A stretch of 64,000 nucleotides of DNA from Octopus vulgaris. Taxonomy: Eukaryota. Below are positions 52,891 to 64,000 of the stretch, one piece after another. The position numbers and the translations under genes were made by a program. The stretch is from contig OX597830.1 in NCBI GenBank assembly GCA_951406725.2, positions 49,786,001-49,850,000 of the forward strand. Direction: 5' to 3'. Positions within the stretch are counted from its first letter, which is position 1; every line of letters begins with the position of its first letter. The notes beneath the pieces were generated by a model. It saw nothing but the letters and a program-made list of their open reading frames with translations, made no database searches and was not told where the DNA came from.

Positions 52891-54249
52891 TTACAAAAAG
52901 TGGTAGACAGGGAGAGTTGGTGGAGCGCCTAACGCCATGCCTTGTTATATTACTAGTTATTTCTAGCTTACATATCGCTGGGATCGATACAAGAAGTAAA
53001 ATCAGAGAACGTAATCAACTATAATCTCTCTCTCTCTCTCTCTCTCTCTCACTCACTCACTCACTCACTCACTCACTCACTCACTCACTCACTCACTCAC
53101 TCTCACACACACACACACACACACACACACTTATAGCGTTGTGTCCGACTTTCCCTGTCACCCAGTTTACCATTCCCACCTTGTTCATGGATGCTTTTGT
53201 TGCAGTTTGCCCGGTTCTTAACATTGGTGCCAGGTATAACGTCTGGTGACCGAAACAAAGACTACTATCTTCAAACTGGACATGTAGCCCGATATCTTGC
53301 AATAGAGTATACTGCCCTTAAGTCACCCATGGGCCTTGCGGGTGCGTTATATTGGGGGTCACCTTACAGAGTTAATACTATCAAATTTTTCTCACCCTCA
53401 CCTTGTAAAATGGATGACAAAATCGTTTGGGCGTCGAAGAAAATATCTTGCGGTATCTATTTGGGTTCTTTGCATTCTGTAATTTTACATCCCACCGTGA
53501 TGAACTTTTTCCTTTTATTGTTCCAGGTGAAATAATAAGAACCAACCAAGTACCAGTAAAATACCAGTCATGTACTCGTATTGATTTAGTCAGCGAATCT
53601 TTTTCCCCTCAAAAGTACCCGATTTAATTGCTGCTCCCCCAACGCTAATTCCTAGAACATCGACCTTGCTAGAAACTATTGTTATTGATGTCTGTTTAAG
53701 TTGCTCTTTTTATGGCTATGTAAATTCTGAGAATATTTGTTGCTTGTTTCAGAAATTTTTGTTTCACAATTTGTTGTTCGTCTTGTTTAGAAGTGGCCAT
53801 GAGTAGAGTGGTGTAATCATTCCCTTGTGTCAATTCGTCTCTGTCCGTTTAAAAAACAACTTTTTTTAATTTGAATCTTGAAAAATCTAAAATTGCAGAC
53901 AGCGCTGTTTGACAAATAAGAAAAAAGACAAGACACAGCAGATGAGGGAAAAGAAACTATTCGTTGTAGTCATGAAAGCTTCAGCAACAACAACACTTCT
54001 AAAGTCACCAATAGCAACAGCATAGCAGTTTCGACGAGGTCCAGTATAGAAGCCGGAATTGCATAAGTAAGAATAATTGCAAATGACACCAGCGATATTC
54101 TGACGTCGATGGTAGGCATTAACACCGCCACCACCATTGAGAGAAGCGGTATCAATATCATGAGCAACAGCTTCACCAAGAATCCTGAAAGATTTGACTC
54201 TTTTGTAAGAATAACAAAAGTATTTACCTCTTAGAAGAAAGACATAAAA

Positions 54250-54650
54250 GCGGCTTGGGACTCGTCCTGATAGAATACAGGAAGGCCGTATTAACCTCAA
54301 GTCGGTCCTTGGATCAGTGTTATAGAGGTGCACTGTGGTTTAAACGCCGACAGGTTGAGACGTTTATAAACGCCGTGTTACGGAAGTGGTTGAGAGACAT
54401 ATGGAGGGAAATGGAAAACGTTATTTGCAGCAGGAGATGCCGGGCAGTGATTATGCGATTCCCAATAGACATCCACACACAGAAGTAGTCTAAGAAGACA
54501 TTGGGGAATTCAGCCTTTTTTGGACATACATAGCACAGCAAGAGGCTAATATAAATGCGATGGATAGACACTAGAAACGAATGTCTGCGGATGATGGCAT
54601 ACTTTGTCCTACAAGAAAATACAACTCTGGTTAGGCAAAAGTTCAGATGG
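54250..54650 (+). pseudogene. Very decayed RTE-like LINE C-terminal relic
   Basis: RQVETFINAVLRKWLRDIW followed by AFFGH in another frame. Confidence 0.45.
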
Positions 54651-55694
54651 ATGATGAGCAGATGCGATATTTTATCTACGGTGACATATTTTCCCGCAGA
54701 ACGGCGATAATCTTTCTGGGAAGTTTACAGTGACCGAGAATTGCTGACTTGAAACTTTTATCGAAAAGTTGTCGTTGCGTGTATGATGGATCAACTCTCG
54801 GGCGAGTCTACTGTGATACTTTCTTTTAAGCGTGAAGGGAAGACAGTTGTGTTTTTTCTGGCAGGAGTAAAACTGCCTTCTCTTCTCAGCTGAAGGCTGT
54901 AACAAAAGTGGTTCTATGGTAGAGACAACTGAAAGAGCACTCGTCTCTAGAGGGCCAAAACCTCGTCGACCTTTTCAATTCCACTTAGAAAGAAAGATGA
55001 GGGTGTAGAAGGCAGTGCTTTCCAGTAAATTTGGCGATAGTTTGCTAGAAGATTTAATCCTGGAACGAGTGAAAGAGTCAGCTCTCAGAATGCACTGATA
55101 GGACGGAAATGATATCTGGGATATTTAGAGTTCACTGAATGATCCTCGGTGTGATTTCAGTTAAAACGTATGATAAGCTCAATATTTTTGAAATCCTTTA
55201 CATATTGCGAGTGGATTACTGGACTCGCAGAATAATTCATCTGTTGCAGTTTTTAAGAATAAAGTATTGGAGTGCTCTTCTTTGTTCACAGCCATATTCC
55301 TTCCAGCATTACAACCCTCGTTAATGTTACAATAACCGCTGATGCCGTTGTTGTAGTAGCCCAAGGTTAGCCAGCTCTTATCAAGTATAAGTATGATCAG
55401 TCGCAACAATCCCGTGCCTTTTGACCTTCATGACTACATTTTGAATTCATTTTTAAACTGTACGGATTGAGCTGAAAAGAGAATTTATTGTTATTTGTAA
55501 CAAATCAAAATAACCTGATGTGATCTACTCTAGCTCGTATACTGCAATTTACAAAGATGTTCAATAGCAACAACATGTAATATATTTACAGCTACGTGGA
55601 CTGGGCTAGCCAGGGAGTAGTGTATTGGCTATGCAGTTAATGTTATACCAATTCCTGGATATAAAACTTCGAATCTGTATTTTTGTACGGCCAA

Positions 55695-55905
55695 GGGCAG
55701 CGAGGTGGTAGAATCGTCAGCACGCCGCACAAAATGCTTTCGGCATTTCGTTCGTTTTTACGTTCAAATTTCGCCAAGGTCGTCTTTGCCTTTCATCCTT
55801 TCAAGATCAATAAAAAAAAGTACTAGTTGAGTGTTAAGGTTGATGTAACTGGCTACCCCCCAACTCAGAAATTCCTGGCCTTGTACCAAAATTAAAAACC
55901 AATAT
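55695..55905 (+). mobile_element. SINE family B
   Basis: Head and CTTTGCCTTTCATCCTTTC core. Confidence 0.82.
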
Positions 55906-56257
55906 TTTTGTCTGTCAACCAGCCACTAGCTGATTACATGCCATCTTCAGAATTAACAGACCAACGACCCCGAGACAGAATACCTCCGAACAAGAGCAGA
56001 GTATGTTGGTATCGACTTGGCTATTTCTTCTACATACAAACGCCGTCTCTGAGAATTTCATATCCACCGTTATTATTTTATCTTGCCTCACATTTCAAGA
56101 CTTGTTCATTAAAACCTTACATACTTTCTCGTTATTTTAGCTCTAGTAAGCCAATCCTTCTCCAAGGAGGTTTAATAAGTTTGAAACTCGTCGTTTATTA
56201 TCATTGCGACACCAAAATCAAACTCTCTTCCCACTGCATGCCCATTTTCTATTTTGT

Positions 56258-56319
56258 CTTAATTTTACTTAGTCTAAATATCAGAGTTGACTCGCCTGTC
56301 TCTCTTCATCAGAATTAAG
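56258..56319 (-). ncRNA. Possible degenerate type I hammerhead
   Basis: Minus strand CTTAATT-CTGATGA-AGAG.GAC..GTC..CTCT-GATA-TTTAGACTAAG-T-AA-AATTAAG. GAAA is replaced by GATA and there is one extra nucleotide at the cleavage site. Confidence 0.35.
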
Positions 56320-57041
56320 CATCAAATTAATGATTTTATGCTCTCTTCAAATATAGTTCTACACTTACAACACTAACACCAGCTTAAGTACAACATATTA
56401 GCTTAACCACAGGGCCGGTTTTTTCCACCATAAATTAGATTGCTGTTGCGTCAGTTTATTTTAGTTTGTAAAATACGATGCTATTTAAGATATTAAAATA
56501 TTTCAATATTTAATCATTGGCTGTTAACAAACAACAATTTCATTTGTACACACAATAAGAAGTGATGACTAAACATTAATTTTACACCTCGCTCTTGTTT
56601 CATTGCGTTTCATGTTTATTTTGTGAGATTAAGGAGAATCTTAGCAGCAAAACATGGCGTCTTTAATTTCTTCATCGACAAATAACAACAGCTCCAAGTG
56701 TTCTCACTTCTTTCTCGTCCTTTGTTACGTAATCGAGAGGGAATGATCTCCGGCAGGATATGAAACCATGTCAAGGCGACGCACCGTGAGGATATTATGA
56801 GGTAGTTTCAATTGCAAGAAGCAGCAGATAAGTCTGCCTCACATTTCACCTTTCCATCTTAAATGGGTAAAAGACATACATATTGGACAGTGTTGTCCGA
56901 GATACAGAATATCTTAATAAAAGACAGGATGGTCAAGACTGGAAGTATATTGATCTTAGAGCTCGTGTGTGATGAACGATCTGAGATTAACCATCAATAA
57001 GAAATGACATATTAAATAATGTTATCCGAGACATCATACGT

Positions 57042-57298
57042 GATCACGTGACCGACCAGGCTATCAGATGTTTACATCGCTGGTCACAATGCACTTTTGC
57101 TTTGTTTTAGCCTTCAAATGACGCAACCCCACTGGCTAGGCGAGAAGGCCAGCAATACCCTTGAGTGAAGGGAGACTGGAGCAATGTGAAATGAAGTGAT
57201 TTGCCCAAGAACACAACGTGCCGCTCATTCAGGGAATCGAACCAACTATCTAGTGGTCGTGAGTGCAACAGCCTAACCACTAAGCCACGCGCCTTCAC
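57042..57298 (-). mobile_element. tRNA-derived CORE-like SINE (family D)
   Basis: Head TGAAGGCGCGTGGCTTAGTGG, B-box GGTTCGATTCC, TTCTTGGGCAAATCACTT. Tail shared with 60733-60845. Confidence 0.85.
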
Positions 57299-58204
57299 AA
57301 AATCCTAGATATACGGTGTCTAAATAATAGACAGGATTATCATATCTGAAAGGACATTAATCATAGGTATCCTGGATTTTGGGATGGCTAATCAGCTACA
57401 AGGAAGAACGCATTAGTCAATGTAGTCCTAGACGCACAATACCCGGATAAAAAATGGAAGATTCACTACTGGTATGTATTTATCAACATGACCAGAGTTG
57501 AGATCTTCATGAAATGTCCCAACGATCTAATATTCTAAGAAGATATACAAGACGATTTCTGAACTAATTTAAGCAACGAAGTCATTTCTATTTGCTTTAT
57601 TCCTCTATTTTCCGTTTAGTCTTGAAATGTTGTTTAGCCTTCCTCTTCGACAAAGAAGATCTGTATTATATCCTGGACTTAGGTTTGATGTTAGGAAAAA
57701 TGTGGTCTTTGTTGTGGGAACCCCAGCATATTGTTATTTCGTTCAGAGAGGACCAAATAAAATGTTTGATAAGAAAGTCATTTATTTCATTCTCATATAA
57801 CTTAAACTGTAACCCATATCTTAATCAGAACCGTCTTGGAAGTTTTTACTTCTCTTTATTCTATTTCTTTCCAGAACTACATTATCCAATATATGTTGGA
57901 TGTTATTTGAAAGTGATCAGGCTGTTTTTTCCTAACAGGTCAAATGATCACGTCGACTCGTCGCTAGTTTAGTTCTTAGTTTTTAACCGCAGGCCGGCTC
58001 TAGTCAAGCGGACTTATGATCAAAAAGATGTACATGCTTTTTTTTTAAAACGACAACACACGATTTGAAGTGGATTTCCTTAACATATCTAGCAGACTGA
58101 GTGACCAAATATAGATTCCCTCGGTAAGGACAGTAAATAATATCAGATGGTAAAGTGAGCTATTAATCTCTTATTTAACTTCAGCTAGATCTAAAACATT
58201 CCTA

Positions 58205-58378
58205 GACCTGAAATTTGGTACGGGAATAGTCATTCACATCTGATCCAGTGCTCAACTGGTATTAATTCATCGACCTAGAAAAGATGAAAGCAAAGTCGAT
58301 CTCGAAGGAATTTGTAGCCAGAACGTAAACAGCCGGAAGAAATGTCGCTATGTTCGGCGTGATAACGATTCTGCCATC
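58205..58378 (-). mobile_element. Degenerate SINE family B
   Basis: GATGAAAGCAAAGTCGA...GATTCTGCCA on the + strand. Confidence 0.7.
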
Positions 58379-58884
58379 TCAGAGTTTCATATACATTTCA
58401 AATGTATATCACCTTTATGTCCAGACAAATATTGTTCACACTTATATACGAAAAGACAATACCGAAGCTTATTTCGGTTACCAGGGCAAAATCATTCGCT
58501 TTATTTGTGCCATTAATGTCCAAGAGAAAGCATGGCATGAATATCGCAATACCATTCTTCCCTGTGCACTTTAAACTAGTCTTGTATATTTTTGAGGAAA
58601 CAATGCGTTTCTTTGTGTAATTCTATGCAGAGTGCAAAAAATATTATAAAAGGTAAGATAGACAAAGAACTACATCATGTCTATCGAAATATATGCACAT
58701 ATATAAAGATATGTAAATATGATTACACACACACACACACACACACATACTCACACACACACACACACATACACCCATGCACGTAAGTTCTGAATACATT
58801 TTCATATCCTTGGAGTTATTTGCTAAAAATCCTTTGCACGAAACAAAATTGTCGGTTGTAGCTAAGTGATTCTATTATAGAAAA

Positions 58885-59000
<116 letters not shown>

Positions 59001-59497
59001 TATGAAGGTATTGTCGTGTAAACAACATAAAGGGATGTAGAAGGGGTGGAAATGCAAGGAAGCAAATGAATTGTTTTCGGTTTGGGGAATGTCAGTTGAA
59101 TCAGACGAAACGACTTCTAGAATGCGTTCTTGTTAAACTGCTATGATAAAAGAGACGTCAGTTTCAGCTGTAGGAGTTCAAAACCCACATTCCTCTCTGG
59201 TGGTTAAAACGCAATAACGTACGTTAACTCACACGACGTCATGTGTGTGTTTGTACTGTGCAAAGTCGTGCATGTGAGTGTGCGTGCGTGTGTGAGTATA
59301 TATATATATATATACATATATATAAAAAATTAGTAAAAAACCACCTTTTATCAATTCAAAATGAACTATTAAATTACACCATCCAGAAAATTACATAAAT
59401 AGAAATATTAACATTAAAATAACAATCAAATGTCAAAGATTAAGTAAATTGCAAAAAAATAATAATAATAACATAATATATATATATGATAATACGC

Positions 59498-59528
<31 letters not shown>

Positions 59529-59607
59529 TGTATTTATATATATATATATATATATAAATATGTATATATATATATGTATATACATATATATACAAATATA
59601 TATGCAT

Positions 59608-59678
<71 letters not shown>

Positions 59679-60113
59679 TGTATGTATTTTCGTACGTATA
59701 TATATTATACATTTATGAATAGATTTTAAAATTTACTTCCATATAGAAGTGTGTATATGTGTGCACGTAGTGATACATATGCAAACACACACACACACAC
59801 ACACACATATATACTTACATACATAGACATGTGTGTGTGTAATATACATGAAATATGTGTGTGTATGTGTGTATGTGTAATATACATGTAATATACTGAT
59901 AAACTATAAATATATACATCGGTGTATATACACCTGTATTTCTGTATGTAAGTGAGTGTCTACCTTCATATACCTGCGTGTGCGTGTGTGTGTGTGCGTT
60001 TGTGTGTGTGTATGTGTGTGAGTGTGTGTGTATGTGTGTGGTAGTAGTAGTAGTAGTAGTAGTAGTGACGTTTTCACTCCTGCAGTTTAGCTATTCAGTA
60101 TTCTATATAACGC

Positions 60114-60155
<42 letters not shown>

Positions 60156-60732
60156 TGTGTCTGTGTCTGTGTGCAACAGTTCCTCAGGTAGACGTGTACA
60201 GAGGTAGGCAAGGTGCGTCAGTAAGCTTAAGTTTTCTTTCCCGATTTGTTCTTTCCAAAGTGTCAGCTTTTACGGCACCATCTTCTAGAACGATTCCTAA
60301 TTTCAGTCACAGACTGGAGACAGCTGAAATGGATGAGATTATAATGAAACATTTCAGAAAGTTCTTTCCTTTAAAAATAAATTATATACCAATATATCTT
60401 TGGACAACTCTTTTATCTGCTGCTACCTCCACTTTCACTTTCTTCTACTTTTCTTCTCATTGAATTCTTCAAAGTTTGGCGAGCATTATGCTTAAACTTA
60501 GTTTAAATATAATACTTGCAAGTGCTGGTATTAGATGTTTGAACAGTTTTGATAGTAGAACATATATATAGGCATACATGCATACGCATACAAGCGAAAA
60601 TACATATATACACACACAGTCAGATACACATATATACATATGTACATTCATATATACATGCATACATACATATGTACACACACACATATATATATATATA
60701 TATATCTAATCTAATCTAATGTTATATATATA

Positions 60733-60963
60733 TCACCGTGACCGACCAGGCTATCAGATGTTGCTACACATCGCTGGTCACAATGCGCTTCGCATTGTTT
60801 TAGCCTTCAAATGACGCCACCCCGCTGGCTAAGCGAGCAGGTCAACAGAAGAAAGAGTGAGAGAAAGTTGTGGTGAAAGAGAACAGCAGGGATCAACACC
60901 ACCCCCTGCCGGTCCTACAACCGCGAGTCCGCTGCCCTAACCACTGGGCCATTGCGCCTCCAC
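60733..60963 (-). mobile_element. Chimeric SINE: family C head and body with the family D tail, internally deleted
   Basis: 60733-60845 matches 57045-57150; 60850-60963 matches 14235-14413 with a gap. Confidence 0.85.
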
Positions 60964-61663
60964 ATACACACATATATATATAGTGTAATAAATAAAATAT
61001 ATGCATACATACAAACATATATGTACGTACCTACATCTACATGTATATATACATGCATATATAAATATATATACGTGTGTACAGGACACCACAAATAGAC
61101 TTAGAACTCAACGAAAAACGAAAACGTAAAAACAGCATTCGTTTGGTTTCCTTTAACAACGAAAAAACAGAGTACAAGACAACTACACAAGGAAAATCCC
61201 CTTCATCAGCCGTCCCAAGTTCAACTCCAGCGTGTTTCGAAGGTGAGGACAGAACACGTCTCGTCGAACTAGTCCTTCCTGCGAAAGAATTAAATAAAAT
61301 TCCTTTGCAGAGGGGTAAAAACAAGGAAAAAAAATGTGACAAAAGCAGGATGTAAAAACAATACAATTAAAAACAAATACAAAATAAAAATACAATTACA
61401 AGAAATACAGTACAAGAAGGAATAGAAACAGGACAGAAAAACAAATAAAGAGGGCCTATAAGCCTAGACGAGGAAAAAAATTTTTTCACGAGCGTAGGAA
61501 GAAACATGTTTTCTTGAATAAGGCCGCCGGCGAAAGGAAGTTCGTAGACCCGGCTGTGAGAGAGATGAGGAGGAGTGAGAGAGAGAGAGATAGAGAGGAA
61601 GGAAGCAAAAGAGGGTGAAAGAAAGAGAGAAGAAGGAGTTATGGAGTTTCGCGTCATAATTAC

Positions 61664-61923
61664 ATATAAAAAACAGCTTAGAGAAGAAGAAGAAACGAAA
61701 CGAAACCAAACGAATCGAATCGAATCGATGAGCGCCACCTGTACACACGTATATATATTTATATATGCATGTATATATACATGTAGATGTAGGTACGTAC
61801 ATATATGTTTGTATGTATGCATATATTTTATTTATTACACTATTGTATGACTGAGCGCCTTTGCGTCGATTCAAGATGGATTCGTTTGGTTTGGTTTCGT
61901 TTCTTCTTCTTCTCTAAACTGGT

Positions 61924-61932
<9 letters not shown>
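61664..61932. repeat. Foldback (~65-bp arms) whose loop holds a 106-bp inverted copy of 60980-61085
   Basis: Arms AGAGAAGAAGAAGAAACGAAAC / GTTTCGTTTCTTCTTCTTCTCT. Insert 61738-61843 is flanked by TGAGCGCC on both sides. Confidence 0.9.
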
Positions 61933-61973
<41 letters not shown>

Positions 61974-61990
61974 ATGTGTGTGTGTGTGTG

Positions 61991-62225
61991 TAATATATAG
62001 TGTACATTTAAACACATAAGGAATCCACTCGTGGAATTCAACACGTTAGAAAGAACAGCTAGGTTCCATAACCACATAACTTGATGGTTAAATGTTTGTA
62101 TTTTTTCATTTCGTTCCTGTCGAATTTTATCCCTAATTTTGTGGTTATGGAACCTAGCTGTTCTTTCTAACGTGTTGAATCCCACGAGTGGATTCCTTAT
62201 GTGTTTAAATGTACACTATATATTA
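61991..62225. repeat. Foldback with ~85-bp arms (1 mismatch), resembling a Penelope inverted end
   Basis: 61991-62075 is the reverse complement of 62140-62225. Confidence 0.93.
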
Positions 62226-62325
62226 TGACTAATTCATAGTGTTTTGGGACTAATTTTTTTTACACGTTAGGCCACTGGAGGTGAAAATTTTAATTAATTT
62301 TTCATTTCCCTTTGATATGTTTAAG

Positions 62326-62358
<33 letters not shown>

Positions 62359-62385
62359 AAGGATGAAAAAGAACACACGAGTTGA

Positions 62386-62574
62386 TATATATGAAAAAAT
62401 AAGTCAAGATAGAAAATGCCAAAATAATTTTATAAAGAACATTTCAACACGTTAGAAAGAACAGCTAGGTTCCATAACCACAAAAATTAGGGATAAAATT
62501 CGACAGGAACGAAATGAAAAAATAAAAACATTTCTTTATAAAATTATGTTAGCATTTTCTATCTTCACTTATTT

Positions 62575-62586
<12 letters not shown>
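62386..62586. repeat. Foldback (~52-bp arms) whose loop is an inverted copy of 62090-62179
   Basis: AACATTTC at 62438-62445 and 62527-62534 brackets the copy. Confidence 0.9.
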
Positions 62587-62625
<39 letters not shown>

Positions 62626-62811
62626 TATATATATATATATATATACACACATTTGGTGATACAGATAGGAAAAATACGCATATACACACTCCCACTTACA
62701 CACACACAGGCTTTAGTAAACAGCTTGGCTGGGAATCAAGCTTCCTATCATAGAGCCTCGCCTGTGCTAATATATATTTTCTTATTAGTGATCGGCAGAA
62801 GTCACTTATAT

Positions 62812-62995
62812 AGCAAAAGGCTACCTCGTAGAATTTTTGGTGTCCACGGCGAAACGCTTAGCAGCATTTCGTCCAGTCTTATGATCTGAATTCAAATTCC
62901 TCCGAGTTCGACTTTGCCATCCATCCAATCAGGGTTGATAAGACAAGTACCAGTTACGGATCGGGATCGGTGTTATTGACTAACCTCACCTCCAT
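62812..62995 (+). mobile_element. Degenerate SINE family B
   Basis: TTCAAATTCCTCCGAG.TCGACTTTGCC...AAGTACCAGTTACG. Confidence 0.7.
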
Positions 62996-63482
62996 TAAGT
63001 GTTACTTTTCTTGATCTCCATGAATGTTTTTTTTTTTTTTTGCCTCTGAGTAAATTACTTAGTTTCGTATTATATTCATCTCTCTATCCATCATAACAAA
63101 TTACTTTTGTCACCCTTTCCCGATTTTTGTTGACGTCTTCTTTAAAATTGTCAGATGATTTTAACATTTATTTTATTTATCACATGTTTGTCGTTTTGTA
63201 AGATTTTAGTATATCCTCTGCCGAGCTGTTTTTGTTTTGGTCTTACAGGGGTTTTTTTAGCTTTCGGGTGTTTTAGCTTTCAAGGATGTTTTTTCTTTTT
63301 TTTTTTTTTTTTTGCTTTCATCTTGATCTCAATATTTTTTTTGATTTGGTTGTTTTTTAGGTTGTCGATATAAGGTTCTACCTGATCTAATCGTTTGCAT
63401 TTATATGTGTGTGTGAGTATATATATTTGTGTCTGTATATATATATATGTGTGTTTGTGTTTGTGTGTATAATATATACATA

Positions 63483-63875
63483 TTCTTTTACTTGTGTCAG
63501 TCATTTCTGACTGTGGCCATACTGGAGCACCGCCTTTAGTCGAACAAATCGACCACAGGACTTATTCTTTGTAAGCCTTGTACTTATTCTATCGCTATCT
63601 TTCACCGAACTGCTTGGTTCTGGAGACGTAAACACACCAACATTTCTTGTCAAGCTATGGTGGGGAGACAAACACATACACACATATTTATACATACATA
63701 TATATATATACATACATACATACGTATATATATATATATACATACGTATATATATATATATATATATATACAAGACGTTTCTTTTCAGTTTCCGTTTACC
63801 AAATCCACTCACAAGGCTTTGGTCGGTTCGAAGCTGTAGTAGAGGACCCTTGCCCAATTTGAACTGGGAACCATA
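63483..63875 (-). mobile_element. SINE family A, 5'-damaged
   Basis: Reverse complement aligns with family A body and tail. Confidence 0.85.
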
Positions 63876-63895
63876 TATCTGTATGTGTGTGTGTA

Positions 63896-63928
<33 letters not shown>

Positions 63929-64000
63929 CGGTAAGAGCCAAGGATATACACACACACACACACATACATATATATATATATTCAACAATATTAAGGAATG

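Noticed and set aside
54670-55300. Possible CR1/L2-like LINE relic on the minus strand
   Set aside because: Too decayed to identify diagnostic motifs.
61195-61290. Minus-strand GAAAC and CTGATGA boxes
   Set aside because: I could not build consistent stems in any hammerhead topology.

Overview
AT-rich eukaryotic non-genic DNA, either intergenic or deep intronic, saturated with microsatellites: (TA)n, (TATG)n, (GATA)n, (CA)n, (GA)n and (TAA)n. The repeat repertoire resembles an octopus or other coleoid cephalopod genome, which is an inference from the SINE types and microsatellite load. I found no supportable host protein-coding exon, and almost every ORF in the supplied track is a microsatellite artefact. 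Recognisable content: (1) more than 25 copies of at least four tRNA-derived SINE families with shuffled modules; (2) relics of R4/Dong-type, RTE, Tx1/L1 and Penelope (GIY-YIG) retroelements; (3) two ORF1-only, half-L1-like elements; (4) two non-autonomous Helitrons and a decayed hAT transposase. Two unexplained patterns stand out. First, several unrelated foldback elements carry a hammerhead-ribozyme core at the hairpin apex, including one with an intact core at 5653-5726 and a 358-nt tandem dimer at 47425-48510. Second, three inverted copies of nearby sequence are each flanked by short direct repeats, and two of them sit exactly at a hairpin tip. All calls are from reading the sequence by eye; no folding or database searches were run.
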